Assembly: GCA_944387455.1 (NCBI GenBank)
Contig: CALXEY010000001.1
Location: forward strand, 1 to 63,367
Source: an uncultured Clostridia bacterium
GTDB taxonomy: Bacteria > Bacillota > Clostridia > TANB77 > CAG-508
Length of the DNA stretch: 63,367 bases
Direction: 5' to 3'
Both the position numbers and the translations under genes were made by a program. Under the pieces are notes generated by a model that saw only the letters and a program-made list of their open reading frames with translations, had not been told where the DNA came from and did no database searches. Shown here piece after piece: positions 1 through 8,581 of the stretch. Position 1 is the stretch's first letter; each line of letters begins with the position of its first letter.

Positions 1-245
1 TATTCATCTTCTTTCATTATTTTTAAATCTTTAAATAATTCTTTATTGTCTTTCCCTTTTATATCAAAATAATATCTAAGCATACTCATATTTAAAGTTT
101 TTCCAAATCTACGAGGTCTTGTTATTAATATAACACCTGATTGATTATCTATTATATCTTTTATATACAAACTTTTGTCTATAAAATAATTTTTTCTTAG
201 TCTTAGACTTTTAAAATCACTAATACCAATTCCTATTCCTTGCAT
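1..245 (-). CDS. AAA-ATPase-like domain protein (PF09820-type), N-terminal part only; the rest lies outside the window
   Basis: ATG at 245 follows a purine-rich RBS. Translation is MQGIGIGISDFKSLRLRKNYFIDKSLYIKDIIDNQSGVILITRPRRFGKTLNMSML..., the typical N-terminus of predicted AAA-ATPase/PD-(D/E)XK fusion proteins. Confidence 0.6.
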   Translation of the reverse strand, partial: MQGIGIGISDFKSLRLRKNYFIDKSLYIKDIIDNQSGVILITRPRRFGKTLNMSMLRYYFDIKGKDNKELFKDLKIMKEDE

Positions 246-650
246 TTTTCCACTTCCTTTTTACTCATTTTTCACAGTATTATTTTACAACACTTTTGAA
301 TTTTAATCAAGTAAATAGTTTACTTATCAGTTATAATTACTATATATTTTTAATTTTATTCTTATTATAGTTTTAATGCAGTAATTGGTATTACATATAT
401 CCCATCTGGTCTTTTATATATTGCATTGGAAAGTCCACAGATTACACAAAGCACTTTTAGAATTTTTCCATTTTGTTTTTTATCTCCTCTTTCAAACTTA
501 ATAAATTCTTTGCGGCTTCTTCTATTTTATTTGCTCCAAGTTTTATTTTGAAAACACGCCAATTCCGTGATATTTTAGATTTTTATCCCATGATTTTTTA
601 ACTTTTTAACCCGTTATTTTTAGTTATATTATTATATCCAATATTTTTAT

Positions 651-674
651 AAAAAAGAACACACTCTGTGTTCT
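651..674 (-). terminator. Rho-independent terminator after the AI-2E transporter gene
   Basis: Stem agaacaca/tgtgttct with a 3-nt loop, followed on the minus strand by a T6 run, about 20 nt after the stop at 693. Confidence 0.7.
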
Positions 675-692
675 TCTAAAATATATATTATT

Positions 693-1835
693 TTATTCTT
701 CTATTCTTAACCCTCTTTTAACTGCTAATCTATAATCTACAAAATCTTCTATAAGAATTTTTACAATTGCAATAGCTGGTACTGCTAAAAACATACCTAA
801 TATTCCAAAATAAGCTCCACCTATTGTCACTCCAAGTAATACAAGAATTGGGCTAATCTTTAAAGATTTACCAACAATTTTAGGGTTAATAATATTTGCA
901 TCTATTTGTTGTAAAATTATTACAACAATAAGCATCCAAATAGCTTGTGAAAGTCCACCTGTAATTAATGTAATAATAGCTGAAATTCCAACTGCAATTA
1001 TTGCTCCAACAAATGGTATCATATTAAATAAACCTATAAAGAAACCAAGAAGAGGAGCATATCTAATTCCCATAATACTCATCGCAATTGTAGTTAAAAT
1101 ACCTACAACTACTGCATCTAAGAATTGGCTAGCAATAAATTTAAAGAATATCTCATTTGAGTGTTTATAATATTTATCTAAGTTCTTATAAGTCCTTTCT
1201 TTAAATAATGCCTCTGCAAGCCTTTTTACAAAAGTCAAAATCTTTCCTCTTTCTGCTAAAACATATATAGAGACAATTACTGCAACAAAAACATCTACTA
1301 TACCAGTAACAGCACTAATTGCACTCGAAATATATTCCATTATTTTATCAAAATTAAAATATTCTTTTAAATCAATATGTTGTATATTGTTAATAAAATC
1401 ATTTACTTGTTCACTTTTTAAAATAGAGTCTTGTGGTAAATCATTATATCTTTCGATTGCCATTTCATAATATGTTTGTATATTACTTACAAAATCTGTA
1501 ACACTATTCCACACAACTGGTAAAATAACACTAAATAATATTGCAATAATTAATAAAATTATTAAATATACAGCAATTATACTAAATGTTCTTGCTTTCC
1601 TTTTTAAAAACTTTACTTTAGACTTTCTAAAAAAAGTTTCAAATTTTCTACAAGGTATGTATAAAATATATGCTATAAAAATACCAACAAAAAATGGTGC
1701 TATTATATTTAAAAAATTACCTATTACTGTAGTTACATCATTAAAATTATCTAGACATTTATAAACTATTATAAGAGCTAAGCCTAAAACAAACCAATAA
1801 CTCCATTTTCTTATTTTCTCTTTTTTATTTTCCAT
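693..1835 (-). CDS. AI-2E family transporter (PerM-like permease)
   Basis: 380-aa polytopic membrane protein with the AI-2E/PerM-like C-terminal pattern (..NPKIVGKSLKISPILVLLGVTIGGAYFGILGMFLAVP..). Confidence 0.75.
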   Translation of the reverse strand: MENKKEKIRKWSYWFVLGLALIIVYKCLDNFNDVTTVIGNFLNIIAPFFVGIFIAYILYIPCRKFETFFRKSKVKFLKRKARTFSIIAVYLIILLIIAILFSVILPVVWNSVTDFVSNIQTYYEMAIERYNDLPQDSILKSEQVNDFINNIQHIDLKEYFNFDKIMEYISSAISAVTGIVDVFVAVIVSIYVLAERGKILTFVKRLAEALFKERTYKNLDKYYKHSNEIFFKFIASQFLDAVVVGILTTIAMSIMGIRYAPLLGFFIGLFNMIPFVGAIIAVGISAIITLITGGLSQAIWMLIVVIILQQIDANIINPKIVGKSLKISPILVLLGVTIGGAYFGILGMFLAVPAIAIVKILIEDFVDYRLAVKRGLRIEE

Positions 1836-1863
1836 TACTTTCTCCTTTATTTTTATTTTTTAT

Positions 1864-2619
1864 TTAAAAATCAATTTCTAAACCAATAGGACAATGGTCG
1901 CTTCCCATAATATCTTGATAAATTCTTGCTTCTCTTATTTTATCTTTTATACTATCAGAAACTATAAAATAATCAATTCTCCACCCTACATTTTTCTCTC
2001 TTGCTTTTCTCATATAAGACCACCAAGTATAACAATCTGTTTTATCTGGATATAAATATCTAAATGTATCTATAAAACCTGCATTTAATAATTCTGTCAT
2101 TTTATTTCTTTCTTCAATTGTGAAACCTGCATTATGTGTATTTGTTTTAGGGTTTTTCAAGTCTATTTCTTTATGTGCTACATTTAAATCTCCACACATT
2201 ATAACTGGTTTAATTTTATTTAAATTTAATAAATACTTTCTTATCTCATCTTCCCATATTTGTCTATAATCTAGTCTTTCTAATTCTCTTTTAGAATTAG
2301 GTGTATAGATATTTACCATATAAAAATCTTTAAATTCTAAAGTAATTACTCTTCCTTCTTTATCGTGTTCTTCTATTCCTATACCATACTTCACAGATAA
2401 TGGTTTTATTTTAGTAAAAATAGCTGTACCTGAATATCCTTTTTTCTCAGCACTATTCCAAAAACTTTGATACCCTTCAAATTCTAAATCTACTTGCCCT
2501 TCTTGGCATTTTGTTTCTTGTATACAAAAAATATCTGCATTTACATTTTTAAAAAAGTCTTCAAAACCTTTTGTTAAAACTGCTCTTATTCCATTTACAT
2601 TCCAAGATACTAATTTCAT
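1864..2619 (-). CDS. xth: exodeoxyribonuclease III (AP endonuclease)
   Basis: MKLVSWNVNGIRA, DIFCIQETK, GDLNVAH, WRIDYF and GSDHCP are ExoIII/APE1 family hallmarks. Confidence 0.92.
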   Translation of the reverse strand: MKLVSWNVNGIRAVLTKGFEDFFKNVNADIFCIQETKCQEGQVDLEFEGYQSFWNSAEKKGYSGTAIFTKIKPLSVKYGIGIEEHDKEGRVITLEFKDFYMVNIYTPNSKRELERLDYRQIWEDEIRKYLLNLNKIKPVIMCGDLNVAHKEIDLKNPKTNTHNAGFTIEERNKMTELLNAGFIDTFRYLYPDKTDCYTWWSYMRKAREKNVGWRIDYFIVSDSIKDKIREARIYQDIMGSDHCPIGLEIDF

Positions 2620-2642
2620 TTTTTCCTCCTCGTATTTTTCTT

Positions 2643-3140
2643 TTAAAAAATTTCTAATATAGTAAAAAACATTTTATAATATAATGTTACAGTTCCTGCA
2701 ACCTCATCGTTTTTAATCATTTCTTCTAATTCTTCTTTAGTTACCCATTTTACTTCTTGAACCTCTTCTTCTTGCATAATAATGTCTTTTAGATCTATAT
2801 CTTTTCTTACAAGCCACACATCTAGAAAATTATGCGTTCTTTTAAAAGATAAAATAAGTTCCATATCATCTTTATTAATATCAACCCCTATTTCTTCTTT
2901 TGCCTCTCTAATTGCTCCTTCTTCTGAGGTTTCACCAGTATCTACTGCTCCTGCTGTTAATGACCACATATCGGGAAATATTTTTTTATTCTTACTTCTT
3001 TTTTGCACTAAGAACTTTCCTTCTTTATTCATTATCCAAATGTGGACAGATAAACCATATTCTCCTTCTTTTTGTTTTCCTCTTTCACAAGTCCTATTTG
3101 TTTTTTCTCTTCTTTTATTATAAACATCTACAATTTCCAT
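2643..3140 (-). CDS. NUDIX hydrolase
   Basis: Nudix box GAVDTGETSEEGAIREAKEEIGV. Confidence 0.85.
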   Translation of the reverse strand: MEIVDVYNKRREKTNRTCERGKQKEGEYGLSVHIWIMNKEGKFLVQKRSKNKKIFPDMWSLTAGAVDTGETSEEGAIREAKEEIGVDINKDDMELILSFKRTHNFLDVWLVRKDIDLKDIIMQEEEVQEVKWVTKEELEEMIKNDEVAGTVTLYYKMFFTILEIF

Positions 3141-3150
3141 ACATAAGCTC

Positions 3151-3564
3151 CTATTTTATAATATTTTCTACATCATTTTTAATTTGTTTCCACATTTCTT
3201 TTAGGTTATTATAAGTAAGTTCATTATAAACATCATTAATATTTCTCCAAACAAGCTCTTCTCTATCTTTTATAGGTATATTTTTATTAGTCTTTCCGTC
3301 ATCAATTGCAATATAATAGTATGTTTCTACATCTTTTTCTTCTTCAGAATTATATTTATCAATTCCAACTATTTTACCATCTATTAAATGGTTTTTTCTT
3401 AAAGTTTCTTCTTCTGTTTCTCTTATAGCACACTCTTCTAATGTTTCACCTTCCTCCAAATGTCCTTTTGGAAAAGTATAGTCATTTTGTTCTTCTCTAT
3501 ATACTAAACCTATTTTTTTATTTTCCAAATTAATTAGTATTGTCCCTGCTTTTTTTATACTCAT
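3151..3564 (-). CDS. NUDIX hydrolase
   Basis: Nudix box GHLEEGETLEECAIRETEEETL. Confidence 0.85.
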   Translation of the reverse strand: MSIKKAGTILINLENKKIGLVYREEQNDYTFPKGHLEEGETLEECAIRETEEETLRKNHLIDGKIVGIDKYNSEEEKDVETYYYIAIDDGKTNKNIPIKDREELVWRNINDVYNELTYNNLKEMWKQIKNDVENIIK

Positions 3565-3729
3565 AGCTTCCTCCTTAATTTTCTATATTTTACTATATTT
3601 TTAATTTTTTTTCAATTTAATTTTTTTAAACTTAATATAAAAAAACTAAATCAGCAACATTTTAAAAACAAGCAAAAGCTAAATAAATAACTTTTGCTCT
3701 TATATTTTATTACATAAATTGACTTATTT

Positions 3730-3947
3730 TTAAGTTTTTACTATTTTTAATATTTCGTTTAAGGCTATTCCTGTTTTTTCTGCAATTTCTTTAGCTGACA
3801 TTTTATTTTTAAATAACGTTCTTATTATATTATTTTCTCCTTCGTTTCTCATTTTTAACATTGTCCTCTCCCTATCTTCTCTTAAATAATTTACATATCC
3901 ACTCATATCTATCGCTCCTTCCTCTAATTTTTTTCTAGAAAAATAAT
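3730..3947 (-). pseudogene. Truncated duplicate of the 3' end of the adjacent Rpn-family gene
   Basis: The nucleotide sequence is near-identical to 4021-4290 except for a 60-nt deletion of the KSEGKKEGKKEG low-complexity stretch. The downstream terminator hairpin is also duplicated (3671-3698 vs 3963-3990). Confidence 0.8.
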
Positions 3948-4020
3948 GACAAAGTAAAAATAAGCAAAATTATGCTATAAATATTTTGCTCATTTTTACC
4001 AACAAACCTTAATCTTATAT

Positions 4021-5088
4021 TTAATTTTTTACTATTTTTAATATTTCACTTAAAGCTATTCCTGTTTTTTCTGCAATTTCTTTAGCTGACATTTTATTTT
4101 TAAACAACGTTCTTATTATATTATTTTCTCCAGATTTTTTTCCTTCTTTTATTCCTTCTTTTTTCCCTTCTTTTTTTCCTTCACTTTTTCCTTCGTTTCT
4201 CATTTTTAACATTGTAGCTTCCCTATCTTGTCTTAAATAATTTACATATCCACTCATATCTATCGCTCCTTCCTCTAATTTTTTTATATATTCTTGTGCT
4301 TTATCTTCTCCTATATCTTTTACTAATATATATCTTAAGATATTTATTACATCTTCTCTTTCTTCATCTTTTGTTAATGGCAAGATTTCTTCTAGTATTT
4401 CTATTAAATCTTCTTCTCTTCTTGCTCTTTCTACTAACATCATCCTTCCAAATAATGTCCCATTTTCTAGTAGTTCTTCTTTACTTAATTTGTTTATATC
4501 TAATATATAATATTCTCCTAATCCTGCATAATCTGCTACTGTTACTTCTCTTTTTATATTATATTCTTCTTGTATTTCTTCTATCCTTTGCGGTACTCTC
4601 CACTCTCCTGCTCCTGTAAATATTACTATTGATATTACTTTTGCATATTTATGTACTTTATAATTATGTTTTATTAAACTAGTATTAATTATTCCTACAT
4701 CATATTCTAGTACTCTATATGGCATATCTCTATCTTCTGTTGATTGATGTTCTACTAGTATATATACTTCTTTATCTTTTATTTTATATACCATATCTGC
4801 TTGTTTTCCTCTAAAATCTGATGTTATAAATTCATTTCTAACTGATTCCATTTTTATTTTTTCATCTTTACTAAGACCTAGTGCTTTTTTTACCACAAAC
4901 TCTATTTCTCTTGGTTTTTCTAGTATTTTTTTTACTAGTTTATCATGTTCATTATGTATTTTTCTTTCTTCATATTCTTTTTCAGAATAATATGGTGCCA
5001 TATCTTCCATAAGCATAAATTTCGGTGTGCCTAATAAATGTACAGCCCTATTATAATCATCTACTGTAAATGTTTTTATTTTTTTCAT
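4021..5088 (-). CDS. Rpn family recombination-promoting nuclease / putative transposase (YhgA-like PD-(D/E)XK)
   Basis: 355 aa. The core ..ADMVYKIKDKEVYILVEHQSTEDRDMPYRVLEY.. is typical of the Rpn/YhgA family. Confidence 0.85.
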   Translation of the reverse strand: MKKIKTFTVDDYNRAVHLLGTPKFMLMEDMAPYYSEKEYEERKIHNEHDKLVKKILEKPREIEFVVKKALGLSKDEKIKMESVRNEFITSDFRGKQADMVYKIKDKEVYILVEHQSTEDRDMPYRVLEYDVGIINTSLIKHNYKVHKYAKVISIVIFTGAGEWRVPQRIEEIQEEYNIKREVTVADYAGLGEYYILDINKLSKEELLENGTLFGRMMLVERARREEDLIEILEEILPLTKDEEREDVINILRYILVKDIGEDKAQEYIKKLEEGAIDMSGYVNYLRQDREATMLKMRNEGKSEGKKEGKKEGIKEGKKSGENNIIRTLFKNKMSAKEIAEKTGIALSEILKIVKN

Positions 5089-5417
5089 ATTATTATTTTC
5101 TTCTTAATTATAGTTTATTTTTAGTTTGCAAACAACCTTTATTCTTTAGTAAATTTCTTTATTTTTCTAATTTTTACTCTTCTTTTCTTTCTTTTTCACC
5201 TTCTTTCTTATTTTTTACTTTTTTCTAACGAATTGTAAGAAGATTTAATCATTAAGATTTAAAACTTAGATTAAAAGTATTATTATAACAGCATAGTAAA
5301 CTGGTTATGTCAATACATAAACGTAAAAATTTTAAAAAAATATAAAATATGAAATATTAAAGAAAAATATAAACTAATAAAAAGCTTTACACTAAAACTA
5401 GTATAAAACTTTTTATT

Positions 5418-6194
5418 TTATCCATTTAATTTTCTTTTCTGAACTTTATATGTTACTTTAGCAACCAAGCTTGCCGGAAATATTTTAGCACCTAATCTTC
5501 CTAACTTTGTATCTAAACCTGGTACTATATAAAACTTTCCTTTTTCCATTTTCTTAATTGTATATTTAGCTACATCAAAACTATTTGCTTCTCTTAATTT
5601 AAATTTTACATTTGCAACATTATTAAAATTAGTTGCAACAGGTCCTGGGCATAATATACTTATTTGTACTTTAGAATTTTCTTTTTTTAATTCTTCTCTT
5701 ACTGCTTCTGATAATCTAACAATATAATTTTTAGTAGCATAATATGTTGCCATTAATGGTCCTGGCATAAACCCTGCAATTGATGCTACATTTAATATTT
5801 TACCACTGTTTTTTTCTTTCATTTGTTTTAAATATTCTTTCATTAATATGTGATATGCTATTATATTTGTTTTTATCATTTTTATTTCTTTGTTTAAATC
5901 TGTTTTAGTAAAATCTCCACAGTCTCCAAAACCTGCATTATTTATTAAGATATCCACATTTTTTACTCTTTTACACAATTCTTTACAATTCTCTTCTACT
6001 GATAAATCCATTGATATTATTTCTATTTTGTTTCCTAAGTTTTCTTTTTCTAATTCATTTTTTACTAAGTTTAATTTTTCTTCATCTCTTGCTACTAATA
6101 TTAAATTATATTTTTTCTTATTTAATATTTTTGCCATATCTTTTCCAATTCCGGAAGATGCTCCTGTTAATAATACTCTCATATTTTTCACCAC
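5418..6194 (-). CDS. SDR family oxidoreductase
   Basis: TGASSGIGK Rossmann motif, NNAG, and the catalytic YYATK motif. Confidence 0.88.
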   Translation of the reverse strand: MVKNMRVLLTGASSGIGKDMAKILNKKKYNLILVARDEEKLNLVKNELEKENLGNKIEIISMDLSVEENCKELCKRVKNVDILINNAGFGDCGDFTKTDLNKEIKMIKTNIIAYHILMKEYLKQMKEKNSGKILNVASIAGFMPGPLMATYYATKNYIVRLSEAVREELKKENSKVQISILCPGPVATNFNNVANVKFKLREANSFDVAKYTIKKMEKGKFYIVPGLDTKLGRLGAKIFPASLVAKVTYKVQKRKLNG

Positions 6195-6439
6195 CTATAT
6201 TTATGATTTCTAATTTTATAATTTTTATAACTTTTTTTCAAGTATATTTTAAGCAAATATAAATAAGTAAGTTAGTTTCACATTTCGACAAATTTAACAC
6301 TGTTAGTATTATATAATTTAGTAATATTTTCCAATTATTTTTATTATCAAATTAACTTAAACGCTTGAAATACGGTATTTTCAAGTATCTTAAAAGTTTA
6401 ATTTTTATATTTTATAATGTTTACCAAGGAGTATAAGAT

Positions 6440-6646
6440 ATGGTTCATTTTAATATTGAAAAATTACTAAAACAAAAAAACAAATCAAAATATTGGTTAT
6501 GTCAAAATATGAACATAACTTCTAGAAATTTAAACAGAGTAATTAAAGGTGAAACTTCTTCTATTTCTTTTAAATATATAGAAGACCTTTGTAAATACTT
6601 AGATTGCTCTATTGACGAATTAATTGATATAGAAAAAGACGCTTGA
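6440..6646 (+). CDS. XRE-family helix-turn-helix transcriptional regulator (68 aa)
   Basis: HTH_26/XRE-like pattern ..SKYWLCQNMNITSRNLNRVIKGETSSISFKYIEDLCKYLDCSIDELI.. The TGA stop lies inside the left arm of the palindromic repeat. Confidence 0.8.
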   Translation: MVHFNIEKLLKQKNKSKYWLCQNMNITSRNLNRVIKGETSSISFKYIEDLCKYLDCSIDELIDIEKDA

Positions 6647-6648
6647 GA

Positions 6649-6728
6649 CAAAAAAGGGACAGGGCAAAAAATTCTCACTTTTCCATTTATTTCCAGAATG
6701 AGATTTTTTTGCCCCGTCCCCTTTTTTC
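6649..6728. repeat. GC-rich palindromic repeat, copy 1 (probable bidirectional terminator)
   Basis: AAAAAAGGGACAGGGCAAAAAATTCTCA...TGAGATTTTTTTGCCCCGTCCCCTTTTTT. It is flanked by the convergent stop codons of the HTH gene (6644-6646) and the RT gene (6729-6731). It is homologous to 13032-13097 and 33401-33466. Confidence 0.85.
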
Positions 6729-7763
6729 TCATTTTGTTAAAACAAATTTTCCCAATATTTTGTTTATTAAATTATAACTGTTACCAAATTTTGCATATCC
6801 TTTCCAAGAGTTTATACAAGCTGTTATATATTCTAATTCTATTTTATTTTCTTTGTATAGTTTTTGAAAGTTTTTTAGTTTTCTTTTTATTTTTTTCTTA
6901 CTTTGATTTCGAATTAGTAAATGTGTTTTCCATATTCTATATCCTAAGAAATTTATTCCTTGGCTTTCTCTAAAATATGATGTTTTTGAGTTTAACTCTA
7001 ATTTTAAAACTGAACTTAAATAATTTTTTATTTCTATTAACCCTTTTCTTGCTTTTTCTTTACTTTCAAAAAGTAGAACAAAGTCGTCCATAAACCTTAT
7101 ATAATATTTTATTTTTAGTTTTTCTTTTATGAATTTATCAAAAGATGTCATATAAATGTTTGCAAAATATTGTGATGAATAATTTCCTATTGGTATTCCC
7201 ACTTTTTCTTTATCATAAAATATTATTTTTTTACTGAATTCTAAAAAATGCTTATCTTTTATTTTTCTAGATACCATAGAAAACAATATATTTCTATCTA
7301 TATTAAAAAAGAATTTTTTTATATCACATTTTAATACCCATACAGTATCAAAACACTTACTTGCATTTCTTAAATATTTTACTGTTTTTTTAATTGCTTT
7401 ATGTGTTCCTTTTCCTTCAAGACAAGCATAACTATCTTCTATAAAATTGGGCTTATAATATGGTTTTAAGAAATTTTCTACATACCAACATAGAATTACC
7501 CTATCTTTATAGTTTAATGTCTTTATTTTTCTTTCTTTTGGTTCGTATATTGTAAACTCAAAGTATTTTGAAAATGTATACCTTCCACCAAGTAATTCTC
7601 TACCCAAACTAATTATATTTCTTTCTAGATTCATCTCAAATTCTATTACTTGTTTTTTAAACCTTTTATTTTTCTTACACTTATTATGTGCTTCTAATAA
7701 TTTACTAAATGTTATATTTTCCTTAAATATATTATTTACTCTTTTAGGCACGACTTTATCCAA
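6729..7763 (-). CDS. DGR reverse transcriptase
   Basis: RT motifs include the DGR-typical IPIGNYSSQYFANIY and the catalytic FMDDFVLL. It lies directly downstream of avd and the TR. The start is uncertain (TTG 7763 or GTG 7751). Confidence 0.9.
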   Translation of the reverse strand: MDKVVPKRVNNIFKENITFSKLLEAHNKCKKNKRFKKQVIEFEMNLERNIISLGRELLGGRYTFSKYFEFTIYEPKERKIKTLNYKDRVILCWYVENFLKPYYKPNFIEDSYACLEGKGTHKAIKKTVKYLRNASKCFDTVWVLKCDIKKFFFNIDRNILFSMVSRKIKDKHFLEFSKKIIFYDKEKVGIPIGNYSSQYFANIYMTSFDKFIKEKLKIKYYIRFMDDFVLLFESKEKARKGLIEIKNYLSSVLKLELNSKTSYFRESQGINFLGYRIWKTHLLIRNQSKKKIKRKLKNFQKLYKENKIELEYITACINSWKGYAKFGNSYNLINKILGKFVLTK

Positions 7764-8104
7764 CCTCCAAGTATTCTTCCTATTTCTTCTATCTTTTTAG
7801 ACCATGTATAATAATTATTACTATTTATATATTTATTTTTATAAGAAAACCTTACAAAAAAACTCATCATTGATATTTCTGCATCTAATTTTCCTAAAAT
7901 ACTAATTCTACTAAACTTATCACTAAGCTTATTTGCATACAAAATATACCTTAATGAATTATACATTGTTCTACGTATTTCAGAAACCAAAGCATATTTT
8001 TCATACTTAGGATATTTAATTAACAAATTATAACTATATTCTATCAAGTCCACATATTTTTGATATATTAATAATTTACTTTCTGTTTTTCTTGGTTTAT
8101 ACAT
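7736..8104 (-). CDS. avd: Avd-like accessory variability determinant (four-helix-bundle protein)
   Basis: About 120-aa basic helical protein. ATG at 8104 follows GGAGG. It sits between the TR and the RT and overlaps the RT ORF by 28 nt. Confidence 0.8.
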   Translation of the reverse strand: MYKPRKTESKLLIYQKYVDLIEYSYNLLIKYPKYEKYALVSEIRRTMYNSLRYILYANKLSDKFSRISILGKLDAEISMMSFFVRFSYKNKYINSNNYYTWSKKIEEIGRILGGWIKSCLKE

Positions 8105-8296
8105 TTTTACCTCCAATTCTAAAATAAAAAAAGCATATTCGTTCTTAAAGTTAAATTAAAACCTAATTTAACTAATACTAGAATATACTTTTTTATAATT
8201 TATATTTTTACCATAAAGGAAGGAATAAACCTTGTATGGTATATGTTCTCTATATTTATCCTTAAACAAATATAACCTGACTATTTTATACCATAT

Positions 8297-8444
8297 TGCG
8301 AGACACATACGAAAGCCGTTGTTGCTGTTGCTATTACCGTTGTTCCTATTGAAGTTGAATACCCCTGCATTGGTACTGGTATTGTTCCTGTTGCCACCAC
8401 GTATGAAAAATGGATTGTTCGAATTCACAAAGTTAGCGTTATCA
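8297..8444 (-). repeat. DGR template repeat (TR)
   Basis: About 148 nt align to the 3' end of the target gene. It is rich in AAC codons on the minus strand (gtt on plus). Almost all differences to the VR fall at TR adenines. Confidence 0.9.
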
Positions 8445-8581
8445 TAAAAACAGGTTTATCCCTATCTATATTAACTTTTCGCTAGAACCAAGGGTTCTAA
8501 CGAAAAGGACTTATTTTCTACTTTATTTATTATACCTTAATCTGAACTAACTTAAAGACAGTCCAGATAACAGATTTCACA

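Noticed and set aside
250-650. Possible decayed gene, including an apparent in-frame CGG on the minus strand (rc of the ccg near 565) in the 400-bp gap
   Set aside because: No start codon, RBS or recognisable homology supports either frame. The region is too degenerate to use as evidence for or against the CGG pattern.
6649-6728. Integron attC site interpretation of the GC-rich palindromes
   Set aside because: There is no integrase nearby and no R''/R' core sites (RYYYAAC/GTTRRRY). The flanking genes are housekeeping genes rather than cassettes.
6729-7763. Retron or group II intron RT as an alternative to a DGR RT
   Set aside because: There is no maturase or endonuclease domain and no intron RNA domains. 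The IGNxxSQ motif, the adjacent Avd-like gene and the adenine-specific TR/VR pair all point to a DGR.
8168-8428. Tracked 86-aa ORF (MNSNNPFFIRGGNRNNTSTNAGVFNFNRNNGNSNSNNGFRMCLA...)
   Set aside because: It is the DGR template repeat read in the VR frame. It is Asn-rich because of the AAC codons. It has no RBS and continues into non-homologous sequence, so it is not an independent gene.
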